IMG/VR virus record: IMGVR_UViG_3300030095_006154 | Span: 1 to 28,023 of that record | Origin: a virus | Lineage: Duplodnaviria; Caudoviricetes | Reading direction: 5' to 3' (one strand) | Length of the DNA stretch: 28,023 nucleotides | Shown: piece by piece, positions 17,571 to 24,819 of the stretch | How the letters are laid out: each line of letters begins with the position of its first letter | Numbering within the stretch: the first letter of the stretch is position 1 | The notes under the pieces: generated by a model | Told to the model about the DNA's origin: nothing | Seen by the model: only the letters and a program-made list of their open reading frames with translations | Database searches by the model: none | Made by a program: the position numbers and the translations under genes

Positions 17571-17925
17571 TGTATTTAAAAGCGCAATGTTGGATGTCAC
17601 TACGACAGACCTAACAACTTTAATTACCGTGCCAACAGCTGATCCTGGTGCTTCTCCTTCCATTCCCCCTACTACAGCATTAGTGAAATCTATTTTGGTT
17701 TGTAATGATTCAGCTAATACCACTCTTCTTGATATAGAAGTCTTGAGATCATCAGCGACGTTTGAAGTATTTAAAGAAAAAAGTGTTGCTACAAAAACAA
17801 CAACAGAATTATTAGAACAACCATTAGTTTTACAAGAAAGTGATGTTATGAAAGTCCAAGCAAATGCAGCTAATCAAGTACATATTACTGCAAGTTATAT
17901 GGAGATTACGAAAGGACAACTCTGA
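17563..17925 (+). CDS. Small beta-rich putative virion protein
   Basis: MAN.FK...TVP...TA.VKSILVCND...ELL..PLVL.ESD.MKVQA...SYMEI. Confidence 0.65.
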   Translation: MANVFKSAMLDVTTTDLTTLITVPTADPGASPSIPPTTALVKSILVCNDSANTTLLDIEVLRSSATFEVFKEKSVATKTTTELLEQPLVLQESDVMKVQANAANQVHITASYMEITKGQL

Positions 17926-18518
17926 TTAATCTTCATTCTTTATTTATAACTCCAGTCTTTTCTCTTCAACTTAAAGATTATGAACATCTTAGCGATGCTA
18001 TATACCAATTAAAAGAAAAAGATCAAAAAGGAATGCCTCGGTCAAATATAGGTGGATGGCATAGTAATGATGAAATACATGAAATAAAAAAATTTAAACC
18101 TTTAGTTAATGATATTCTTAAATACGCTAAAGATTGTTTTAATCACATGGATGTAAAAGATAATTATGTTCCTGAAGTAACTGGAATGTGGGGCATGATA
18201 AATCCACCAAGATCTAGAAATAATGTTCATACTCATCCCTATAACTATCTATCTGGTGTATTTTATTTAAAGGCACCTAAAAAAAGTGGCAGTATTGTGT
18301 TTCTAGAGCCTAAACCACAGTCAGAGGTACTATCACCCCCAAAAACAGATAAAGCTTCTATACACCTGGCTCATAGCGTACAATGGGAACCTGTTGAAAA
18401 TTCCTTGATTTTTTTTCCTTCATGGTTACAACATGAAGTACAAACAAATAATTCTGATGAAGATAGAGTTATTATTAGTTTTAACATAAATTGGAGAGAC
18501 AAAGATGCCGATAGTTGA
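17922..18518 (+). CDS. Putative 2OG-Fe(II) oxygenase (TIGR02466-like), probable CTG start
   Basis: Frame is open for 37 codons upstream of ATG 18033 (LINLHSLFITPVF...). RSNIGGWHS, HTHP..YLSGVFY, FPSWLQHEV, RVIISFN. Confidence 0.85.
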   Translation: MINLHSLFITPVFSLQLKDYEHLSDAIYQLKEKDQKGMPRSNIGGWHSNDEIHEIKKFKPLVNDILKYAKDCFNHMDVKDNYVPEVTGMWGMINPPRSRNNVHTHPYNYLSGVFYLKAPKKSGSIVFLEPKPQSEVLSPPKTDKASIHLAHSVQWEPVENSLIFFPSWLQHEVQTNNSDEDRVIISFNINWRDKDADS

Positions 18519-18756
18519 ACCCGCTGAATTACTAGGACACATTACAACAAGTGATGGAAGAAGAATTCCTCACTATAAAGTAAAAACTGAAACAACGATT
18601 ACTCACGTTGATACAGGTGCAGAGTATGAATCAGAAGCTGCAGCTCAAGCTGATGTTGATAATCCAGGGACATCTACAACTGCTGAAAAGATTAGAAGAG
18701 ATGTAAAAGTATTTGCTCCTTCTTTAGCAGATATGCTAGGCGAAACACCTGAATAA
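18505..18756 (+). CDS. Small acidic phage protein, probably virion-associated
   Basis: 83 aa; SD GGAG upstream; TG.EY.SE..A.ADV..P.T.T..E.I.RDV pattern. Confidence 0.65.
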   Translation: MPIVEPAELLGHITTSDGRRIPHYKVKTETTITHVDTGAEYESEAAAQADVDNPGTSTTAEKIRRDVKVFAPSLADMLGETPE

Positions 18757-18972
18757 TTAAGCACTACAAGCTTCACAATCAATTTCTGAAGAATTGCCGT
18801 TTAACATAACTTGTTCATCTGAAGTATTATGACAAGCACATCCTTGAAGATGTCTTGCAAAGGCATCACTTAATCTTTCTTTCTCTCTTTCTAATTGTAA
18901 TAAACGTTCATGATATCTGCTCACCTTATCTACAAGGGTAGCTATAGCCTTCAATACTTCTTGATTTTCCAT
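18757..18972 (-). CDS. Small coiled-coil protein with Cys-rich C-terminus
   Basis: SD AGGAG (18982-18978); heptad-like N-terminal half; CACH and terminal CEACSA. Confidence 0.7.
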   Translation of the reverse strand: MENQEVLKAIATLVDKVSRYHERLLQLEREKERLSDAFARHLQGCACHNTSDEQVMLNGNSSEIDCEACSA

Positions 18973-19007
18973 AATTTCTCCTGATTTTTTAATTTTGGGT
19001 GAGATCT

Positions 19008-19036
19008 AATTTAAACATGTGTACAGAATATATCAA
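19008..19036 (-). promoter_or_regulatory. Possible sigma70-type promoter for the 71 aa gene
   Basis: TTGATA (19036-19031), 17 bp, TAAATT (19013-19008) in a divergent intergenic region. Confidence 0.35.
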
Positions 19037-19078
19037 GCAATCTTTTTAAAATTGTTTTCTTGACAGCGAATTCATGTT

Positions 19079-19684
19079 ATGAAAGAGGCAGAAAAAAGAA
19101 TGCAATTAGTTAATAATTATTTTATTATAGAAAATGCTGTTCCAGACAGATTTTGTAATTATATCCTTGAATATGGAAAAAACTTAAAAGAAAAAGTAGC
19201 CACTATTGCAGGTGCTGATGAAAAACAAAAAGAAGAATTAGAAAAAACAAGAAAATCAAACGTTGTGTGGTTAACTGAAAAATGGTTATATAGAGAAATA
19301 CAACCATTAGTTCATGAAGCTAATGCACAAGCAGGTTGGAATTTTCAATGGGATAATACAGAACCATGTCAATTTACAAAATATGAGGGTTCAAAAAAAC
19401 AATACTATCATTGGCATACAGATTCTGGTGCAGACGTTCTTGATAATTTACCTATGAGAAAAATTTCTGCTACTTTAATTTTGGTAGACAGAGAAAATTA
19501 TAAAGGCGGTGATTTTGAAATATGCATTCCACATCCTGAAAAATCAAAAATTATTACTATTGAACTTCGTAAAAAAGGCACAATGATATTTTTTCCTTCT
19601 TTTGTTTGGCACAGAGTTACTCCTGTTACTGAGGGAATAAGATGTTCATTAGTTTGTTGGAATACTGGAAAAAAATTTATATGA
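19079..19684 (+). CDS. 2OG-Fe(II) oxygenase, PKHD/prolyl-4-hydroxylase-like (start may be ATG 19100)
   Basis: RKS.V.W, QFTKY....YYHWHTD, RKISAT..L....YKGGDFE, FPSFVWHRVTPVTEG.RCSLV.W. Confidence 0.9.
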   Translation: MKEAEKRMQLVNNYFIIENAVPDRFCNYILEYGKNLKEKVATIAGADEKQKEELEKTRKSNVVWLTEKWLYREIQPLVHEANAQAGWNFQWDNTEPCQFTKYEGSKKQYYHWHTDSGADVLDNLPMRKISATLILVDRENYKGGDFEICIPHPEKSKIITIELRKKGTMIFFPSFVWHRVTPVTEGIRCSLVCWNTGKKFI

Positions 19685-20199
19685 GTGTTTTAGTTTATAG
19701 TGTACCTAATTTTTTAAATTATAAATTTAAAATCTTAGAATTAATACACAATATTCCTGAAACACCTTTTGAAAATATATCACATAGTGATTGGGATATA
19801 ACTAAAAACATGAAAAGAGATTATCAATCTTATATTCAAAAAAACATATTTAAGGGTTTCGCTGAACATCTTCGCACTACAAATAAATTTAAAGAAGTAA
19901 CTATCAACAGTATGTGGTTCCAAGTTTATAAACAAGGAGATTTTCATTTTAAACATACACATCCGCAATGTCATTTTACAAATATATTTTTTATTCAACT
20001 TCCTAATAATGAAGTAAAAACAATGATTAGAACGCCAGAAAAAAATCTTTCTCAATTACAATTTAAAGAAGGCGATATAATTACTTTTCCTTCATACTAT
20101 GAACATGAGTCACCAATTAATAACAGTGGTAAAGATAAAGTGATTGTTTCTTTTAATTTTGATGTTCTTTACTATGATAACTTGCAGGAGATAAAATGA
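19681..20199 (+). CDS. Putative 2OG-Fe(II) oxygenase (TIGR02466-like; start revised to ATG 19681)
   Basis: WFQVY..GDFH..HTHP, EGDIITFPS...HES, KVIVSFN; ATGA overlap with the upstream stop. Confidence 0.8.
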   Translation: MSVLVYSVPNFLNYKFKILELIHNIPETPFENISHSDWDITKNMKRDYQSYIQKNIFKGFAEHLRTTNKFKEVTINSMWFQVYKQGDFHFKHTHPQCHFTNIFFIQLPNNEVKTMIRTPEKNLSQLQFKEGDIITFPSYYEHESPINNSGKDKVIVSFNFDVLYYDNLQEIK

Positions 20200-20819
20200 G
20201 TTTTCAAGATGATAAATATAAAATAGTTAAAAAAGCAATTACTAAAGAATTAGCTAGTTTTTGTTATGCTTATTTTTTAAACAAAAGAAAAGTTGCAGAT
20301 TACTTATTAAATTCAAAATATATTTCACGTTTTGATCCTACTTGGGGAACGTGGGCCGATGAACAAATACCGAACACATACTCTCACTATGCTGATTTAG
20401 TTATGGAAACTTTATTAGAAAGAGTTCTTCCAAAAATGATACAAACAACAAAACTTAATCTTATTCCTACTTATAGCTATGCTCGAATATATAAATATGG
20501 TGATATTTTACATCGACATAAAGATAGACCATCATGTGAAATATCATGCACTCTTAATTTAGGCGGAGATGAATGGCCTATATATTTAGATCCTACTGGA
20601 GGATTTGGTAATAAAGGTAAAAAGGTTATTCTTAAACAAGGAGATATGCTAGCTTATAGTGGATGTGATTTAGAACATTGGAGAGAAACTTTTGAAGGTC
20701 AAGATTGTTGTCAAGTTTTTTTACATTATAATAATACTGAAGGTGATTTTGAACAAAAAAACATTTATGATACTAGACCTTTTTTAGGTTTACCAGGAGA
20801 CTTTAAAAACAATGGATAA
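20196..20819 (+). CDS. 2OG-Fe(II) oxygenase-like protein
   Basis: PTYSYARIY..GD.L.RHKDRPSCEIS.TL.LGG..WPIY, GDML.YSGC.LEHWRE, QVFLHY; SD AGGAG. Confidence 0.85.
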   Translation: MSFQDDKYKIVKKAITKELASFCYAYFLNKRKVADYLLNSKYISRFDPTWGTWADEQIPNTYSHYADLVMETLLERVLPKMIQTTKLNLIPTYSYARIYKYGDILHRHKDRPSCEISCTLNLGGDEWPIYLDPTGGFGNKGKKVILKQGDMLAYSGCDLEHWRETFEGQDCCQVFLHYNNTEGDFEQKNIYDTRPFLGLPGDFKNNG

Positions 20820-21144
20820 TTTACAAGAAAAATTTAATTTTTTAAAATCAAGGAAATATGAAAAGTCTAATCACCCTGGGGTAGAAGTTTTTTATGATAA
20901 ACAAACTTTTTTAAAAATAAATAAAAAAACAAAAATTACTTTAACACCAGGAAATGTTTTATTTATAATAAAAAAAGCAATTGGTTTAAAAGAAGGGGCT
21001 TTAAAAATTTTAGAAGAAGCTGAATTACATAATGAAACAAATCAAAATATGTATTGTGTTTTAACAAATTGTTTATTTTCAGAAGAATATACGAACAATA
21101 AAATTTTTATTAAAACAGGGCATAATGAAAGTGCTTTAATATGA
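20812..21144 (+). CDS. Hypothetical protein
   Basis: 110 aa ORF overlapping both neighbours; no metal-binding triad; very AT-rich. Confidence 0.55.
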   Translation: MDNLQEKFNFLKSRKYEKSNHPGVEVFYDKQTFLKINKKTKITLTPGNVLFIIKKAIGLKEGALKILEEAELHNETNQNMYCVLTNCLFSEEYTNNKIFIKTGHNESALI

Positions 21145-21653
21145 AAATAATTGAAAATTTTTTACCAATAGAAATACATCAAAAGTATCTTGAGTTGCTT
21201 ATATCAAATACTTTTCCATACTATTACATAGATGGTGTATCTCACACAGACGGAACTGAGGATGATTTTTTCTTTTTTCATAATCTTCATGGAAACCCAC
21301 ATAATTTTACTTCTGACGGAGGAGAAATTGTTAGTAGATATTTTAATCGTTTAATCATGCCTATATTAGGAAGACTTCCTTTTACTTTTAATAATTTATT
21401 AAGAGCAAGAATAAATTTATTTACAAGAAAACAAGAACCAATAATGAGTAATTTTCATAGAGATTTAGAAGATAAACATACAGTTGCATTATATTATTTA
21501 AATTCAAACAATGGTGAAACTGTTTTTAAAACAGGCGAAAAAGTTCCTTCAGTTGCAAATCAAATGCTTATTTTTGATGGTCATATGGACCATGCTGTTA
21601 TTCCACAAACAGATGAAAAAGTAAGGGTTAATATTAATTTAAATTTATCATGA
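21141..21653 (+). CDS. 2OG-Fe(II) oxygenase, tandem paralog A
   Basis: IENFL, FPYYY, RARINL, HRD, ALYY.N.NNG.T.F, N...IFDG...H, RVNIN. Confidence 0.85.
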   Translation: MKIIENFLPIEIHQKYLELLISNTFPYYYIDGVSHTDGTEDDFFFFHNLHGNPHNFTSDGGEIVSRYFNRLIMPILGRLPFTFNNLLRARINLFTRKQEPIMSNFHRDLEDKHTVALYYLNSNNGETVFKTGEKVPSVANQMLIFDGHMDHAVIPQTDEKVRVNINLNLS

Positions 21654-22156
21654 AAGTAATTGATAATTTTTTACCTGATAAGTTACATCAACAATATGTT
21701 AAGTTATTAATGTCAAATGATTTTCCATATTATTATATTAACGGTGATAATTTCTTAGTTGCTAATACAGATGATTTTTTATTTTTCCATAATCTATACG
21801 GAAACCCACATAGTTATAATCATACAGGAGGAGAAGTAGTAAGTAGTTATTTTAATATGTTAGTAATGCCTTTGTTAGGTAAATTAAATTTTAATGGTTT
21901 ATTAAGAGCAAGAATAAATTTATACACAAGAAAGCATGAATCGGTTATGAGTAGTATGCATCAAGATTTAGAAGAACCTCACACTGTTGCTTTATATAAT
22001 GTAAACTCAAATAATGGTGAGACTGTTTTTAAAACAGGAGAGAGATTTCCTTCGGTTGCAAATCAAATGATTATTTTTGATGGTAAGTTATATCACGCAG
22101 CTGTGCCTCAAACAGATACAAAACTAAGAGTAAATATTAATTTGGATTTATCATGA
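21650..22156 (+). CDS. 2OG-Fe(II) oxygenase, tandem paralog B
   Basis: Same motifs (HQD...H...RVNIN); about 66% identical to paralog A by manual alignment. Confidence 0.85.
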   Translation: MKVIDNFLPDKLHQQYVKLLMSNDFPYYYINGDNFLVANTDDFLFFHNLYGNPHSYNHTGGEVVSSYFNMLVMPLLGKLNFNGLLRARINLYTRKHESVMSSMHQDLEEPHTVALYNVNSNNGETVFKTGERFPSVANQMIIFDGKLYHAAVPQTDTKLRVNINLDLS

Positions 22157-22686
22157 AGAAAAAAACAGAATACAAAATATTTGACAATTTTTTAGATCAA
22201 AAAACTTTTTTAATGATTCAAGATTTAGTAATGTCTCCCAAATTACCTTTTTTTTATAATGCTATTTTAAATTATGAACAAGAAGAGGATTATGAAAAAT
22301 ATAAATATGATTATTATTTTACACATCTTGCATATAAAAACGACAGGGATACTTTAATGAAAGGAGGGACACAAAGTGTTTATTTAGAAAATTTTATGCC
22401 AATAGTAGAGAAGCTTAGTGTTTCTTCTTTATTAAGAATTAAAGTTAATTTTTATCCACGAACAGAAGAAATGAAAATACATGCTGCTCATACAGATTAT
22501 CCTTTTGATCACAACGGTGCACTATTTTATATTAACACTTGTGATGGTTATACGGTGTTAGAAGACGGAACAAAAATTGAAAGCATTGCAAACAGAGTTT
22601 TGGTTTTTAATGGTGGTTCTCTACATTCATCAACTTCTTGCACAAATGCACAAGGTAGATTTAATGTTAATTTTAATTACTTTTAA
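22153..22686 (+). CDS. 2OG-Fe(II) oxygenase, same family as A/B but more distant
   Basis: DNFL, RIKVN, HTD, ALFYINTCDGYT, ANRVLVFNG...HSS, RFNVNFNYF. Confidence 0.85.
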   Translation: MKKKTEYKIFDNFLDQKTFLMIQDLVMSPKLPFFYNAILNYEQEEDYEKYKYDYYFTHLAYKNDRDTLMKGGTQSVYLENFMPIVEKLSVSSLLRIKVNFYPRTEEMKIHAAHTDYPFDHNGALFYINTCDGYTVLEDGTKIESIANRVLVFNGGSLHSSTSCTNAQGRFNVNFNYF

Positions 22687-23280
22687 TTATTCTCCAGGAT
22701 AAGCATTTTGCCAACGCATAGATAAACCAACAAAAGGTTTTTTATTTTTATTTTGTGTAATGCTATGACGTAAGTAAGAAGGAAACATAACAAATCTTCC
22801 CTTTTTAAAAGTAACTGCGTATCTTCTTTTTTTATGTCTTCCATATTCATGTTCAAATATTATTTCACATGGTTTATCTCCAGGATCTAAACAAAAAACT
22901 AAAGACATATCAGGAGACTCTTCATAATCCCAATCATTAATATGATGATGTGATCCAATACTTTCATTATGATTTAAATAAATACCATACAAAGAATTTA
23001 TCTTTATAGGTTGCTCACACTCATAACGATAGTTATCTCTCATATAATCAACCAACCAAGTTATGTGTTGTAAAGCATCTAATTTGTAATAATTATTATC
23101 AGAGTACCAATGCTCAGGTCTAACTCTTAAATTTTGTTTTTTACTTTTTTTAACATGATCTAAAATAATATTATAATCTATTAAAAGTTTTTTTGAAAGT
23201 TGATGAACAATTACGAATTCTTCTGAAAGAACTTTCTTATCAAATAATTTGTACGTAGAAAAATTTAAATGTTTATCCAC
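22687..23280 (-). CDS. Divergent TIGR02466-like DSBH/oxygenase protein
   Basis: SHHH, SPD.SLVF, FVMFPSYLRHSI..N; the terminal 2OG-binding Arg is not evident. Confidence 0.65.
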   Translation of the reverse strand: MDKHLNFSTYKLFDKKVLSEEFVIVHQLSKKLLIDYNIILDHVKKSKKQNLRVRPEHWYSDNNYYKLDALQHITWLVDYMRDNYRYECEQPIKINSLYGIYLNHNESIGSHHHINDWDYEESPDMSLVFCLDPGDKPCEIIFEHEYGRHKKRRYAVTFKKGRFVMFPSYLRHSITQNKNKKPFVGLSMRWQNAYPGE

Positions 23281-23774
23281 GAAGAATTACTAGCATCCCA
23301 TTTAACTTGAGTGCTGTTATCATCTGGATCAACACTTAACCATCTTGTATTAGTTTCATCCCATTGTATAATATAAGGAAGATCACCTTTTAATGTTACT
23401 GATGGGAAAGCCACAGGGGGATCATACAAGCAAGTTGTGTTATTTAATGTCCATGATGAAAAAGGTTGAGGTTCTACAAAAGCGTCTTTTCCTGAATCAT
23501 ATATCCAACCTATACCAGGAAAATTTTTTCTATATGCTTTTGATTGGTCACTTGATGGATTTGTAAAATTACCATCGCTATCAACGTCATACTTTACACC
23601 AGCTTCTGTAGTTCGTGAACATTTTTTCCAATTTGTCCATCCATGCACATCTGTTAAAAAAGCAACTCCAGTTGCTTCATCTTCAACATTAGAATCATTT
23701 GTTGTATCTGCGTCAGCAACAACTGAAACGCTAAGAACGACATTAGAATCGTTTAATTTTGCAAAGTGTGCCAT
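23265..23774 (-). CDS. Tail-associated phage protein (MAHFA-type)
   Basis: MAHFAKL..., RKNFPGIGW.YD...DAF..PQPF.SW.L......PP..P, WDE...W; coupled to the glycine-rich gene. Confidence 0.65.
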   Translation of the reverse strand: MAHFAKLNDSNVVLSVSVVADADTTNDSNVEDEATGVAFLTDVHGWTNWKKCSRTTEAGVKYDVDSDGNFTNPSSDQSKAYRKNFPGIGWIYDSGKDAFVEPQPFSSWTLNNTTCLYDPPVAFPSVTLKGDLPYIIQWDETNTRWLSVDPDDNSTQVKWDASNSSWINI

Positions 23775-24817
23775 TATTGAAACTTATACCTTACTACTAC
23801 TATACCTGAACCGCCGCCAGCTGATCCTTGTCTTAAACCACCATTAGCACCACTTCCGCCGCCAGTATTAGCACTTCCGCCAACACCAGGAGAAGAGCCA
23901 CCGCCATTTCCGCCGCCGCCATCTCCGCCGGGAGCATTAGGGACTGAGCCTGGGCCTGGTCTAAAATAACCACCGCCTCCGCCACCTGCGTATGTCACAG
24001 GAGAACCTGTTATAGAAGTTGCTGTTCCATCACCGCCTGCGCCAGCAGCATTTTCACCTTGAGGATCACCACCAGCTTCACTAGCACCACCGCCTCCGCC
24101 TCCGCCTCTTCTTGGAGAAGGAGATCCAAAAGCGTGACCGCCAGGATTACCTTGAGGGGGAGATACAGGAGGAGAATTTCCAGCACCATCAGCTGTACTC
24201 GGAGAACTGTTTGCAGCACCAGCACCGCCGCCAGAGCCACCACTTAATCCTTGAGCACCACCATATTGAGGTTCTAAAGCACCGCCTCCACCACCACCTT
24301 CAGAGGTAATAGAAGAAAAAACTGAATTTGAACCATCTTGACCTTTTGTTGTATATCTAGCACTTGGAGCGCCACTAGCACCGCCACCTATTGTTATAGG
24401 ATAACCTTGTGCTGAAACAGGAAGACCACCAGCAGCAGGAGAAGGATAGTTTACTCTAAATCCTCCAGCGCCACCGCCGCCACCATATCCAGCGCCACCA
24501 GAGCCACCTCCAGCAACAACTAAATATTCTACTGTGTTTGATCCCGCAGCATTACCTCCGCCTTGTACTGTAAAAGTAGCATCTGAAGTAAAAGTGTGAA
24601 CTTTATAATCTCCTTGGGTAGCAATACTTCCACCAGTAGCTTGAATAAATTGTGCGTTTGATTTTCCTTGTAAATCTGACATTGCAATATCGCCAGAAGG
24701 TTGTTCAGCCAACGATCTTACAGCAGTAGCCCCCATATTAATAGTAGTAGAAGAAGGGGAAATGTCTAATTCTGTATTAACTTGGGATAAGGATATAGCA
24801 CCTGTAGGTAAGGTCAT
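23774..24817 (-). CDS. Glycine-rich domain protein, putative tail-tip adhesin
   Basis: N-terminal LPTGAISLSQVNTEL...IAMSDL.GKS; ATGG...YKVHTFT; YLVVAGGG; many GGGG runs; GGSGIVVVRY end. Confidence 0.75.
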   Translation of the reverse strand: MTLPTGAISLSQVNTELDISPSSTTINMGATAVRSLAEQPSGDIAMSDLQGKSNAQFIQATGGSIATQGDYKVHTFTSDATFTVQGGGNAAGSNTVEYLVVAGGGSGGAGYGGGGGAGGFRVNYPSPAAGGLPVSAQGYPITIGGGASGAPSARYTTKGQDGSNSVFSSITSEGGGGGGALEPQYGGAQGLSGGSGGGAGAANSSPSTADGAGNSPPVSPPQGNPGGHAFGSPSPRRGGGGGGGASEAGGDPQGENAAGAGGDGTATSITGSPVTYAGGGGGGYFRPGPGSVPNAPGGDGGGGNGGGSSPGVGGSANTGGGSGANGGLRQGSAGGGSGIVVVRYKFQ

Positions 24818-24819
24818 TT

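Noticed and set aside
19060-19088. Perfect TTGACA as the -35 of the oxygenase-array promoter
   Set aside because: No credible -10 at 16-18 bp spacing. A + strand promoter probably exists in this gap but cannot be placed.
20812-21144. 110 aa ORF as a twelfth oxygenase/cupin
   Set aside because: Only a faint LTPGNVLFI resemblance; no HxD/HxH or distal His motif in register.
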